A DNA stretch of 64,000 nucleotides from Gammaproteobacteria bacterium (GTDB lineage Bacteria; Pseudomonadota; Gammaproteobacteria; GCA-001735895), in contig JBNKUM010000028.1 of NCBI GenBank assembly GCA_050298595.1, positions 1 to 64,000 on the forward strand, read 5' to 3'. Positions 30,619 through 40,604 of the stretch are shown in pieces (position 1 is the first letter of the stretch; each line of letters begins with the position of its first letter). The notes beneath the pieces are model-generated. The model did no database searches. It saw nothing but the letters and a program-made list of their open reading frames with translations, and had not been told where the DNA came from. The position numbers and the translations under genes are program-made.

Positions 30619-31409
30619 TTAGTTAAAGCTTTGCGTAAATATTTGTTCAATGCATGTGATATAGCGGCCATGCCAAAGCTGGCCGTTACACCAACAAACG
30701 AACCCAGGCCAGATGCGCAATCGAGAGTGGTCTGATTTTGTGAGCCAGGCTTGGCATAGCTGACTGTCCCATCTGCTGCAGGATAAACTGGTTGTTGAGT
30801 AGAAAATACACAGTCAATGGCATAACGCCGTTTGGGGTTGCGACTGTAATCGAGTTGATAACGTAAATTCGATCTCACTTTAGCCAGTAATGGGTCATTA
30901 TAAGATCGGGTTAAATCATTCACTTCGATGCAGGTCGGGTCGGTAAGACCACCTGCGCCACCAGTTGATACGAAGCGAATTTTATTTCGTCTTAAATGGT
31001 GTATTAGAGCCATTTTATATTGCACGTGATCAATGGCATCAATCACGTAATCATATTGCTTAAAATTAAACGATTCCAGGTTGCCGCGTGTGACCAGATC
31101 ATCAATAGCTGAGCATTCACATTCAGGATTTATCAGACGGATGCGTTCAGCCAGGGCTTCTACCTTACTTTGACCCAGAGTGGATTGCAGGGTATGAATT
31201 TGACGATTGGTATTGCTAGTATCGATATCATCGTGATCGATTAGAGTTATATGTCCAATACCTGAGCGAGCTGCAGCTTCCGCAGACCAGGAGCCGACAC
31301 CGCCCACACCAACAATACAGAAATGAGCCTTCTGCAAATGTGGTAGCGCATCCATGCCATAGATACGACCAAGTCCAGAAAAACGTAGCAGGTAAGATTC
31401 GGAAAGCAT
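30615..31409 (-). CDS. tcdA: tRNA threonylcarbamoyladenosine dehydratase
   Basis: 'RFSGLGRIYG', 'GVGGVGSW', 'SNTNRQ', 'GGAGG..DP', 'DPLLAKVR'. Confidence 0.92.
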   Translation of the reverse strand: MLSESYLLRFSGLGRIYGMDALPHLQKAHFCIVGVGGVGSWSAEAAARSGIGHITLIDHDDIDTSNTNRQIHTLQSTLGQSKVEALAERIRLINPECECSAIDDLVTRGNLESFNFKQYDYVIDAIDHVQYKMALIHHLRRNKIRFVSTGGAGGLTDPTCIEVNDLTRSYNDPLLAKVRSNLRYQLDYSRNPKRRYAIDCVFSTQQPVYPAADGTVSYAKPGSQNQTTLDCASGLGSFVGVTASFGMAAISHALNKYLRKALTN

Positions 31410-31449
31410 GGAGCCTATAAAAAGAGATTAATCAAAGCCGGTAGTTTAA

Positions 31450-31594
31450 CCTAGATTCTACAGTTGACCGCTAATATCTAACGTAAGGTAATGATATGTT
31501 GTATCAATTGATGAATTTTCTTTTTCACCATTGGGTGAACACAATAACGCTACAGGCATTTGTGAAAAATCCATGTTCAACTGCAGATTCCAGG
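31450..31594. mobile_element. MITE copy 1 (145 bp), ISEcp1/IS1380-like ends
   Basis: Left CCTAGATTCTACAGTTGA, right TCAACTGCAGATTCCAGG (15/18 inverted match); flanked by direct repeat TTTAA (31445-49, 31595-99). Confidence 0.8.
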
Positions 31595-31595
31595 T

Positions 31596-32771
31596 TTAAC
31601 GATAAACTGCTTCAATCGGGATGAATTTTCTCTCGCGTCTGGATTCATAAATGCGCATATCCGCGGCAAGGATCAGGCTATCCATGCTATCTCCATCTTC
31701 TGGAAATTGAGAGTATCCCTGGCTGACCTCTACCGAGAGTTCGTTATTTAAATAGGAGATAGGTTGCCCAATATTTTTGGCAAGCTTACTTAACATCGGT
31801 TCGACCATTTCCTTGTCAACAGCATTTTCTAGCACAACGCAGAATTCGTCACCACCAATACGTGCGATAAAGTCAGAAGATCTTAATACTCTGCTTAGCC
31901 TGATAGCGACTTGCTTAAGTATGGTATTGCCAGCCTGATGGCCATATGTATTGTTGAAGAGTTTAAAGTTATCTAAATTGATAATGATGAATCCAAATTT
32001 ACCACTTTCTCTTTTAGCGCTATTAATGGAATGATTAATCTTGCTTTCCAGTAATCTTCGATTAGCGATTCCCGTTAATAAATCATAGTGCGCCATTCCA
32101 TTGATTTGTTGCTTAAACATTTCATGCAGCCTGATTTCATCCTGTAATTTCTGACTATCAATAATTTGTTGGATGGTGGTTTGCGAAACAACCGAAGTCT
32201 TCCTAAGTACCATAATTGACCAGATCAAGGTGGTTACTCCAAGAATAATATGAAGATAATCAGCTTTAATGAAGAAATATACAGCCAGAGGACCCAGGAA
32301 CAACAAACACAGAAGAAAAATAAATTTAGGGATAGTTGAATAGGCGATGCTAGCTAAGGATACCATGGTAGAAAGAATGATAAATAGATAGAGTTCAGCT
32401 GCTGGAGCGACATCCTGTGGCAGAATTAATGGAGTGATACCATAGACGAGGGCATTCATCCCACCTAAAAATTGCCGTTGTTTTATCCATCTCTCATTGG
32501 GAGAAGTATTTAGTGCAACACGCTTTAGTGCGCTTTTTTCGACTGCCACGGTAACAAGCGCAGCGAAAGCGGCTAGCGCAAGCCATGATATAAGCATGAT
32601 CTCTGAGGCTTTGTATTCCCATAATACAAGAGCCAGAAAAAGCGCGGCGATAAGAAGATTGGGCATGTTGCCCGTGGCATTGGAATAAAAAACAGCATTC
32701 CTTTTCTGTTTTACACGTGAGTCAAACGAACGATCATGATTGTCGGTATTATGTGGTACTTCATACAGCAT
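31596..32771 (-). CDS. Multi-TM diguanylate cyclase
   Basis: 5-6 TM helices; RSSD + GGDEF; 'NLDNFK' instead of 'DLDxFK'; AAGGA RBS before MLYEV. Confidence 0.85.
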   Translation of the reverse strand: MLYEVPHNTDNHDRSFDSRVKQKRNAVFYSNATGNMPNLLIAALFLALVLWEYKASEIMLISWLALAAFAALVTVAVEKSALKRVALNTSPNERWIKQRQFLGGMNALVYGITPLILPQDVAPAAELYLFIILSTMVSLASIAYSTIPKFIFLLCLLFLGPLAVYFFIKADYLHIILGVTTLIWSIMVLRKTSVVSQTTIQQIIDSQKLQDEIRLHEMFKQQINGMAHYDLLTGIANRRLLESKINHSINSAKRESGKFGFIIINLDNFKLFNNTYGHQAGNTILKQVAIRLSRVLRSSDFIARIGGDEFCVVLENAVDKEMVEPMLSKLAKNIGQPISYLNNELSVEVSQGYSQFPEDGDSMDSLILAADMRIYESRRERKFIPIEAVYR

Positions 32772-32880
32772 AATTCTTTCCTTACTGAAAACCAGGATAT
32801 TGCTGCTACCAAAAACAGTAGAGATATTTGTGCTTCCTGAATCCGTATTTAATCCTAAGTGAAACACAGCTTGAATAGAG

Positions 32881-32917
32881 CATCACCTGAGTCGCACTTT
32901 AGCAGTGTCAGGTGATG
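32881..32917. repeat. Inverted repeat / hairpin
   Basis: CATCACCTGA ... TCAGGTGATG perfect 10-bp arms. Confidence 0.6.
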
Positions 32918-32944
32918 ATAAAGCTGAACCAGGTCACAGTATTT

Positions 32945-32989
32945 AAAGATATAACGATATAAAGATATAAAGATATCAATATACGATAT
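32945..32989. repeat. 8-bp tandem repeat (AAAGATAT x4 plus degenerate unit)
   Basis: aaagatat aacgatat aaagatat aaagatat caatat acgatat. Confidence 0.75.
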
Positions 32990-32999
32990 TCAATCTCTG

Positions 33000-33028
33000 T
33001 TGGCGTTGATCCAGGCAGTGACTACAAT
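33000..33028 (+). promoter_or_regulatory. Putative sigma70 promoter of gmk
   Basis: TTGGCG-N17-TACAAT, 26 nt before the ATG. Confidence 0.45.
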
Positions 33029-33054
33029 AACGCTACTTTTTACACGGGAAGCTC

Positions 33055-33681
33055 ATGAATAATCGTTGTCTGTTTACTATCTCTGCACCTTCGGGTGCGG
33101 GCAAAACCAGTCTGGTTAAAGCCCTGCTGGCCAGAAAGCCAGATCAGGTTGGAGTCTCTGTCTCGCATGCAACGCGCAGCAAACGTGCTGGAGAAATTGA
33201 CGCTAAAGACTACCACTTTGTCAGCATTGCACAGTTTGAACAGATGGTCGCCGACGATGAGTTTCTGGAGCATGCCAGAGTTTTTGATAATTATTATGGG
33301 ACCTCGCAGAAATCAGTAGAAGATGTTCAGGCTGAAGGTAAGCACGTGATACTCGAAATCGACTGGCAGGGCGCGCGTCAAATCAAGCAAAAGATACCGC
33401 AAACCATCCCCATTTATATTCTGCCACCGTCTCGAGAGATCTTACGGGAGCGCTTAACAGACCGCGCCACAGATGCCGCAGAAATCATAGAACGACGCAT
33501 GGCTGCAGCTGATGAAGAGATGTCGCATTACAGTGACGCGGAATTTCTGGTCGTAAATGACAACTTTGAGCAGGCGCTATACGAGCTGGAATGCATCATA
33601 ATGGCTCAGGGATTGACACTTGAGCGTCAAAAGAGGCGATATCCCGAATTAATTGGCTCAATTCACCAACAAACAGTTTAG
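33055..33681 (+). CDS. gmk: Guanylate kinase
   Basis: '[10 protein letters not shown]', 'YYGT', 'LEIDWQGA'; gmk-rpoZ-spoT order. Confidence 0.97.
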   Translation: MNNRCLFTISAPSGAGKTSLVKALLARKPDQVGVSVSHATRSKRAGEIDAKDYHFVSIAQFEQMVADDEFLEHARVFDNYYGTSQKSVEDVQAEGKHVILEIDWQGARQIKQKIPQTIPIYILPPSREILRERLTDRATDAAEIIERRMAAADEEMSHYSDAEFLVVNDNFEQALYELECIIMAQGLTLERQKRRYPELIGSIHQQTV

Positions 33682-33743
33682 AAACTCATATTATTTGGTA
33701 TGATACACGGCTGTTTATAAATTTTTATCCCTGGAGTCAAAGC

Positions 33744-34025
33744 ATGGCACGAATTACCGTTGAAGATTGTCTGGAAAATGTTGATAACCGTTTCGAACTG
33801 GTGATGTTGGCCGCTCGTCGCGCAAGACAAATTTCAAAGGGTGCTGATCCACTGGTTTCAAGAGATAACGATAAACCTACTGTTATTGCACTACGTGAAA
33901 TAGCCGCTAATCTGATCAACAATAATTCAATGGATGATATGGAAACACGCCAGGAAATGGCTGCTATAGCTTCAGATGAAGATTTGGCTAATGAGATTGC
34001 ACAAAACAGTATGAATATGGTTTAA
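33744..34025 (+). CDS. rpoZ: RNA polymerase omega subunit
   Basis: 'MARITVEDC...NRFELV..AARRARQ...[11 protein letters not shown]'. Confidence 0.98.
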   Translation: MARITVEDCLENVDNRFELVMLAARRARQISKGADPLVSRDNDKPTVIALREIAANLINNNSMDDMETRQEMAAIASDEDLANEIAQNSMNMV

Positions 34026-34033
34026 ATACCATT

Positions 34034-36235
34034 ATGGCGAGTCCGGATACCGTCAAGCCCAACCCTGATAGTCCGGTCAGCTCGCATAGCCTTATTGTTT
34101 CCGACTCAGATCGTTATCTTATTAGCGATCTATGTACAGAATTAGAATCCTATCTTGAAAACGCACAGGTAGCAGAAGTTTATCAAGCCTACCTGTTTGG
34201 CGCCCAGGCTCACGAAGGCCAGAAAAGAGTCTCTGGTGAGCCTTATATTTACCACCCACTCGCGGTAGCCCGCATCATGTGTGAAATGCGCATGGATTAT
34301 AAAAGTATTATTGCGGCATTGTTACACGATGTCATTGAAGACACCCCTACCCTGAAAGAACAACTGGCTGAGGTGTTTGGTGATGAAGTAGCCGAACTGG
34401 TCGATGGGGTTAGTAAGTTGACCCATCTGGATTTTGTTTCCAAGGCTGAAGAACAGGCAGAGAACTTCCGTAAAATGATGCTGGCCATGGTGAAGGACAT
34501 TCGCGTCATCATTATTAAGCTGGCCGATCGACTGCATAATATGCGAACTCTGGATGCCATGCGCCCGGATAAACGTCGACGAATAGCACGCGAGACCATG
34601 GATATCTATGCGCCGATCGCTAATCGTCTGGGCATCTACAGCATGCGCCATGAACTTCTGGATCTGTCCATCAAAAGTGCCTATCCCATGCGTTACCGTG
34701 CGCTGGAGCATGCCGTACAGCAGGCTGTTGGACATCGTAAGGAAATCTTTCAAACTATAAAATCGGCAATCAGGGATCGTTTGAAGTCGGTTGAAATTAC
34801 CGCCGATGTGAGCCATAGACGTAAAAATATTCACAGTATCTACCGTAAGATGAAAGAAAAAAAGCTCAGCTTCAGGGAGCTTACCGATGTTTATGGAGTC
34901 CGTATTCTGACTGGTTCGGTGGATGATTGTTACCGGGTGTTGGGGGTAATGCATAATCTCTACAAACCGATTCCAGGGCGTTTCAAGGATTATCTGGCCA
35001 TTCCCAAGGCCAATGGTTACCAATCATTACATACCAGTTTGTTCGGTCCCTACGGTGTACCTATCGAAGTACAGATACGAACACGAGCAATGGATCGCTT
35101 TGCCAACTCGGGTATAGCAGCGCATTGGTTATATAAAAAAGGCCAGGAAAACGGCACCGAAACCGCTCAGACTCGTGCATTAGAATGGCTAAAAGGTTTA
35201 CTTGAAATGCAGCAACGCGCTGGCAGCTCTCTGGAGTTTCTGGAAAACGTTAAAGTTGACCTGTTTCCGGACGAAATTTACGTGTTTACACCTCAAGGTG
35301 ACATTAAAAAATTACCACGCGAAGCAACCGTAGTCGATTTTGCCTATGCGGTGCATACCGATATTGGTAACACCTGTGTTGCCGCACGTATCGATCATCG
35401 AATGTCACCTTTGAGTACTAAACTGTTTAATGGACAGTTAATTGAAATCATTACCTCGGAGCACTCTCGTCCTCACCCAAGCTGGTTAAATTATGTGATT
35501 ACCGCAAAAGCCAGAACCAATATCCGACATTTTTTAAAATCGTTGCAGGTTGCCGAAGCTGAGTCACTGGGTGCTCGTCTTTTGCAACAGGGTATTAATC
35601 AGATGGTGGGTAAGGATTATATTGTCAGAGAAGATCAGATTAGCCGAGTGCTTACTAACTATCGCTTAAAGACCTATCAGGAATTACTCTCCGAAATTGG
35701 CCTCGGCAACCGCAGTGCCAGCCTGGTGGTAAAGGCCCTTATCGAAGAAGATATTGACCAGGCTGATGATAAGGATTCCACTGAGTTCGATGCTTCAGGT
35801 AAACCACTCCCCATCAAGGGAACAGAAGGCATGGTGGTCAGTTATGCAAAATGTTGCAGGCCGGTACCGGGTGATCCCATAGTTGCACATTTTTCGCAGG
35901 GTCGCGGTCTGGTCGTGCACATGAGCAGCTGCAAGAATATGTCCGATAGCCAGCATGCAGATCGTAAACAGGATGTGCAATGGTCCGAGCATACCGAAGG
36001 TGAATTTCAGGCAGCTATCAGGGTACAGATGCAAAATCAGCGTGGTGCTCTGGCACGTTTGGCAACCACAATTGCTGATATGTCATCAAATATTGAGAAT
36101 GTAAGCCAGTCGGAAAAGGATGGGCTAATTGCAGCCAGCGATTTTGTTATTACAGTACGTGATCGTATTCATCTGGCTCGAATCATGAAAAAATTGCGTT
36201 CTTTACCTATGGTGAATCGGATTACCAGAAATTAG
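34034..36235 (+). CDS. spoT: Bifunctional (p)ppGpp synthetase/hydrolase
   Basis: HD motif 'LHDVIED', 'KLADRLHN', 'YQSLHT', TGS and ACT domains. Confidence 0.97.
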   Translation: MASPDTVKPNPDSPVSSHSLIVSDSDRYLISDLCTELESYLENAQVAEVYQAYLFGAQAHEGQKRVSGEPYIYHPLAVARIMCEMRMDYKSIIAALLHDVIEDTPTLKEQLAEVFGDEVAELVDGVSKLTHLDFVSKAEEQAENFRKMMLAMVKDIRVIIIKLADRLHNMRTLDAMRPDKRRRIARETMDIYAPIANRLGIYSMRHELLDLSIKSAYPMRYRALEHAVQQAVGHRKEIFQTIKSAIRDRLKSVEITADVSHRRKNIHSIYRKMKEKKLSFRELTDVYGVRILTGSVDDCYRVLGVMHNLYKPIPGRFKDYLAIPKANGYQSLHTSLFGPYGVPIEVQIRTRAMDRFANSGIAAHWLYKKGQENGTETAQTRALEWLKGLLEMQQRAGSSLEFLENVKVDLFPDEIYVFTPQGDIKKLPREATVVDFAYAVHTDIGNTCVAARIDHRMSPLSTKLFNGQLIEIITSEHSRPHPSWLNYVITAKARTNIRHFLKSLQVAEAESLGARLLQQGINQMVGKDYIVREDQISRVLTNYRLKTYQELLSEIGLGNRSASLVVKALIEEDIDQADDKDSTEFDASGKPLPIKGTEGMVVSYAKCCRPVPGDPIVAHFSQGRGLVVHMSSCKNMSDSQHADRKQDVQWSEHTEGEFQAAIRVQMQNQRGALARLATTIADMSSNIENVSQSEKDGLIAASDFVITVRDRIHLARIMKKLRSLPMVNRITRN

Positions 36236-36346
36236 TTAAACCAACAGATATTTTAGTATTGTCATTACTGCTCTCACATGGCAGTCTTTTCATCAGACTT
36301 GCACAGAATCACTATCCCTATTAACTTACATATTCACGGATATCAC

Positions 36347-36745
36347 ATGGCTAAAGAAATCATTTCAACCGCACAGGCACCTTCCGCAATTGGCACCTAT
36401 TCACAGGCGGTAAAAGTAGGCTCCACCGTTTATCTTTCCGGACAAATCCCACTAGATCCCGAGACGATGGAAGTTGTGAGTGGTGGCATAGAAGTTGAGA
36501 TAAAAAGAGTTTTTGATAACTTAACCGCTGTTTGCACGGCAGCAGGTGGCGACTTACAGGATATTGTTAAGCTAAATATTTTCCTGACCGACCTGTCCAA
36601 TTTCCCTCTCGTCAATGAAATCATGTCGCACTATTTTCAGCAGCCCTACCCGGCACGAGCAGCAATCGGTGTCGCAGAGTTACCCAAAGGTGTCGGTGTT
36701 GAAATGGATGGCATCATGGTCATTAGACAGCCTTATACAGCTTAA
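36347..36745 (+). CDS. ridA: RidA/YjgF-family enamine deaminase
   Basis: '[11 protein letters not shown]', 'SGQIPLDP', 'PARAA'; start at MAKEII. Confidence 0.9.
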   Translation: MAKEIISTAQAPSAIGTYSQAVKVGSTVYLSGQIPLDPETMEVVSGGIEVEIKRVFDNLTAVCTAAGGDLQDIVKLNIFLTDLSNFPLVNEIMSHYFQQPYPARAAIGVAELPKGVGVEMDGIMVIRQPYTA

Positions 36746-36751
36746 ACGCAT

Positions 36752-38845
36752 ATGCAGGACTGGAGCAGGAACGATGTCTCCACCTTAGCCGGGGTCGGCC
36801 CGAAAATCAGGGAAAAGTTACAGCGCCTCGGCATTCAAAATAAGCAGCAGATGCTGTTTCATCTGCCGCTGCGTTATGAAGATCGCACCCAGATTACAGC
36901 GCTTGGGTCATTACAATCCGGCCAAAGAGCGCTGATTCAGGTAGAGGTATTACAGGCAGCCGTCAGCTTTCGACGACAGAGCCCTGGTCGTCGGGTGTTA
37001 GTGGTCAGGGTATCCGATGGAACCGGCATACTCACCTTACGTTTTTTCCATTTCAGTGCCGCCCAGCAGAAAGGCCTGGAGAAGGGAAACTGGATCCGTT
37101 GTTTTGGCGAAGCACGCTATGTGATGAATGCTCTGGAAATGGTTCACCCGGAATATGAGCATATCGACAGCAATGCTCCTACCCCCTTAAATCAGCACCT
37201 GACACCTGTCTACCCAACCACCGATGGCCTGCATCAGCTTGGCTTGCGAAAAATCATGCAAAACCTGATTGCCGAGTTGCATCAAAATGGACTGCAGGAA
37301 ACCATGCCCGAGCAGTGGCTACAAAAAATGAAACTTCCTGCAGTTGATGAAGCACTACAGATTTTACATAACCCCAAAGACCAACAGGATGTTGCTAAAA
37401 TAAATAATATTGCCCATCCTGCACAGCATCGATTTATCATCGAAGAACTGGCCGCTCACCGCATCAGTTTGCTAATGCGTCGACAGCGTATATCCCAACT
37501 TCCCTGTCCCCAGATTCAGCCAGCACCTGAATTACACAAGCAGTTTCTGGACAAGCTGCCGTTTCAACTTACTCGGGCTCAGGTAACAGTAAGCAGGCAA
37601 CTGCTGGATGATTATCAGGGACATAAACCCATGATGCGTCTGGTACAGGGTGATGTTGGCAGTGGAAAAACTGTGGTTGCTGCTCTGGCAACCCTGCCGG
37701 TTATCCATACTGGCTATCAATGCGCATTGATGGCACCGACGGAGATACTGGCACAGCAGCACTTTATCAATTTCACCAGCTGGCTAGAGACGCTGGGTAT
37801 TAGCGTAGTCAGTCTGATGGGTAACGATAAGGGAAAGAAGCGTCAGCAAAAAGAGGCCATGATTGCTTCGGGCCAGGCACAGATGGTGATAGGAACGCAT
37901 GCCCTGTTTCAGAAATCGGTCGTATTTAATAATCTGGGCCTGATCATTATTGATGAACAGCATAGATTCGGCGTTGAACAGCGCCAGGCATTACAGAAAA
38001 AAACCAGAAATGATCTGATTCCGCATCAGTTAATCATGACAGCGACTCCTATACCCCGAACCCTGGCGATGTCGATCTACGCCGATCTGGATTATTCACA
38101 GATCGATGAATTACCACCCGGCAGAACACCGGTAACCACTTCGATTATCGGCGAAAGTAAACGTGATGAGCTGATTGCCTCGGTACAGAAAGCCTGCCTT
38201 GAGGGGCAACAGGTTTACTGGGTATGCACCCTGATCGAAGAATCTGAAGCTTTACAATGCGAAGCCGCCGAAATGACCTTCCAGAGTTTAAATGAGCAAC
38301 TTAAAGGTATCTCTGTCGGGCTGGTACATGGACGCATGAAATCAGCCGAAAAAGAACAACAGATACAGGCCTTTAAAGACGGTGAAATCCACTGTCTGGT
38401 AGCGACCACGGTGATTGAAGTAGGCGTGGATGTGCCCAATGCCAGCATCATGATTATTGAAAATCCAGAACGCCTTGGGCTATCTCAAATTCACCAGCTA
38501 AGGGGGCGCGTAGGGCGCGGCAATAAACAAAGCTATTGCCTGCTACTGGTGAAAAACAATCTTTCGCGCCAGGTTGCGCAACGCCTGGAAGTGATACGCA
38601 ATAATCAGGATGGATTTATCATTGCAGAAAAAGATCTTGAGATAAGAGGGGCTGGAGAAGTGCTGGGAACCCGGCAAACAGGTGAAGCCAGCTTCAAAAT
38701 GGCCGACCTGGTACGTGATAAACGCTGGTTTCAACAGGCGCAATTACTGGCTGAGCAGCTTATGCAGAATCAGCATGAAACACAGAGAGAAAGGTTACTG
38801 GAAAACTGGGTTGGTCATCGCATGCACTATTCCGATGTAGGTTAA
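36752..38845 (+). CDS. recG: ATP-dependent DNA helicase RecG
   Basis: 'QGDVGSGKT', DEQH, 'TATPIPRT', 'QLRGRVGRG'. Confidence 0.97.
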   Translation: MQDWSRNDVSTLAGVGPKIREKLQRLGIQNKQQMLFHLPLRYEDRTQITALGSLQSGQRALIQVEVLQAAVSFRRQSPGRRVLVVRVSDGTGILTLRFFHFSAAQQKGLEKGNWIRCFGEARYVMNALEMVHPEYEHIDSNAPTPLNQHLTPVYPTTDGLHQLGLRKIMQNLIAELHQNGLQETMPEQWLQKMKLPAVDEALQILHNPKDQQDVAKINNIAHPAQHRFIIEELAAHRISLLMRRQRISQLPCPQIQPAPELHKQFLDKLPFQLTRAQVTVSRQLLDDYQGHKPMMRLVQGDVGSGKTVVAALATLPVIHTGYQCALMAPTEILAQQHFINFTSWLETLGISVVSLMGNDKGKKRQQKEAMIASGQAQMVIGTHALFQKSVVFNNLGLIIIDEQHRFGVEQRQALQKKTRNDLIPHQLIMTATPIPRTLAMSIYADLDYSQIDELPPGRTPVTTSIIGESKRDELIASVQKACLEGQQVYWVCTLIEESEALQCEAAEMTFQSLNEQLKGISVGLVHGRMKSAEKEQQIQAFKDGEIHCLVATTVIEVGVDVPNASIMIIENPERLGLSQIHQLRGRVGRGNKQSYCLLLVKNNLSRQVAQRLEVIRNNQDGFIIAEKDLEIRGAGEVLGTRQTGEASFKMADLVRDKRWFQQAQLLAEQLMQNQHETQRERLLENWVGHRMHYSDVG

Positions 38846-38909
38846 GCTGGGATGTCAAAGGCAATAACGCTGACGATATAAAAAAATTAACAGGCAGATC
38901 TATAGTGAA

Positions 38910-39157
38910 CCAGATTCGCAGTTGACCGCTCGCATTAGAGTGTAACCCACTGTTTCGTAAATCATTAAACTCGATTTATCTTTTCACCCAGCAGGTGAAT
39001 CCCGCTACGAGCTGAATTGCACGTTTGAGACGGTGTATCTCTACGTTACCTATAGGGACATAGGTAAGGGGCGTGAGCAGGACGTGGAAGCTTTTTAACT
39101 CCTTGATCTACACCACCTCAAACGCACTCTTCAACTCATCAAACTGCGGAATCTAGG
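38910..39157. mobile_element. MITE copy 2 (248 bp) with nested hairpin repeat
   Basis: Left CCAGATTCGCAGTTGA, right AAACTGCGGAATCTAGG; direct repeat GTGAA on both sides (38905-09, 39158-62). Confidence 0.82.
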
Positions 39158-39285
39158 GTGAAACACTTATCTGGTCAGATGCTAAACTGAAGAAAGCTCG
39201 CTACGTTGACACTCGCGATGAACATAATAGAAAAAAACCAAAAAAAGGTTAAACTAACCTACCACCTAAAATCGGAGAACTCCCC

Positions 39286-40260
39286 ATGCCAAAAGCTATT
39301 CGTATCCATAAAACCGGCGGTACCGAAGTACTAAAATGGGAAGATATCGAGGTGGGTAAGCCCGGCCCAGGCCAGGTAAAACTTAAACAAACCGCTTGCG
39401 GACTCAATTATATCGACGTCTACGGTAGATCCGGCCTGTACCCTGTAGGCGATCTACCCGCCGTGCTGGGCATGGAAGCAGTCGGTATCATCACTGAACT
39501 CGGAGATGGCGTTAATTCGTCTAAAATTGGCGATAGAGTCGCCTACCCCATGTGCCTGGGTGCCTATGCCGAAGAACGTCTGATTGATGCCGATACGCTG
39601 TGTAAGGTTCCCGATAATATCGACGACCAAACTGCTGCTGCCATGATGCTAAAAGGGCTGACTGCGCATTATCTGTTATTTAGAACCTACCCTGTAAAAC
39701 CCGGCGATAGCATCCTGGTGTACGCAGCTGCTGGCGGTGTTGGATTAATCCTTTGCCAGTGGGCCAAACTATTAGGTGCCACTGTAATTGGATGCGTTGG
39801 TTCTGAAGATAAGGCAAAACTTGCGCGCGCCAATGGCTGTGACCATATCATCATGTACCGCAACGAAGATATCCCTGCACGAGTTGCTGAAATCACCAAT
39901 GGGAAAGGGGTTGCTGTGGCTTATGACTCGATTGGTCAGGCTACCTTCGAGGCTTCGCTGGATTCCTTACGTCCCTTTGGTGTGCTGGCCACCTATGGCA
40001 ATGCAAGCGGCCCGGTAGAGGCTTTTAACCCCGGCATTCTGGCGGCTAAAGGTTCACTGTATGTCACACGCCCCACTCTGGCTACACATGTTGCTACCAG
40101 GGAATTATATTTAGAAGGTGCCAACCGTTTGATGAGCGTTGTTGCCAGTGGTGAGGTCAAGGTTCATGTGAATCAAACCTTTGCATTGTCGGATTGCGCC
40201 GCTGCCCACCGTGCGCTGGAAGGCAGGCAAACCAGTGGCTGTACGGTTTTGACGGTATAA
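39286..40260 (+). CDS. qor: NADPH:quinone oxidoreductase (zeta-crystallin type)
   Basis: 'GLNYID', 'AAAGGVG', 'KGSLYVTRP'. Confidence 0.92.
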   Translation: MPKAIRIHKTGGTEVLKWEDIEVGKPGPGQVKLKQTACGLNYIDVYGRSGLYPVGDLPAVLGMEAVGIITELGDGVNSSKIGDRVAYPMCLGAYAEERLIDADTLCKVPDNIDDQTAAAMMLKGLTAHYLLFRTYPVKPGDSILVYAAAGGVGLILCQWAKLLGATVIGCVGSEDKAKLARANGCDHIIMYRNEDIPARVAEITNGKGVAVAYDSIGQATFEASLDSLRPFGVLATYGNASGPVEAFNPGILAAKGSLYVTRPTLATHVATRELYLEGANRLMSVVASGEVKVHVNQTFALSDCAAAHRALEGRQTSGCTVLTV

Positions 40261-40262
40261 GC

Positions 40263-40604
40263 TTAGGCCCGCACGAGATATAAGCTGTTGTTACGAATTT
40301 CTACCTCAAGCTGATATAGAGAGTCCCCTGCACAGGGACCAGATACACAAAGCCCGCTTTGTATGTCAAATCGGGCATCGTGTACCGCGCACTGGATCTG
40401 CGCTGAATCCTTATCAAGAAATTGATGCTCGACCCAGTCTAATGGTGCTCCCGTATGTGGACACTCATTTCGGTAAGCAAAAAAATGTCCATCTTTATGC
40501 ACGATAAACCCTTCAATGATTCTATCACCATATTTTGCGCTAAAGCCTCGGCTTGCAGGGTCATTGATTTCGCTTATCTTACATATATACAAATCTTCAT
40601 TCAT
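40263..40604 (-). CDS. Rieske 2Fe-2S ferredoxin
   Basis: CPH...CAVH Rieske motifs, 'GPC'. Confidence 0.92.
   Translation of the reverse strand: MNEDLYICKISEINDPASRGFSAKYGDRIIEGFIVHKDGHFFAYRNECPHTGAPLDWVEHQFLDKDSAQIQCAVHDARFDIQSGLCVSGPCAGDSLYQLEVEIRNNSLYLVRA

Noticed and set aside
32945-32989. Tandem repeats considered as a CRISPR array or plasmid iterons
   Set aside because: 8-bp units without spacers; no cas or rep genes nearby
34322-35023. 233-aa ORF antisense to spoT
   Set aside because: Shadow frame of a conserved gene; no recognisable motifs
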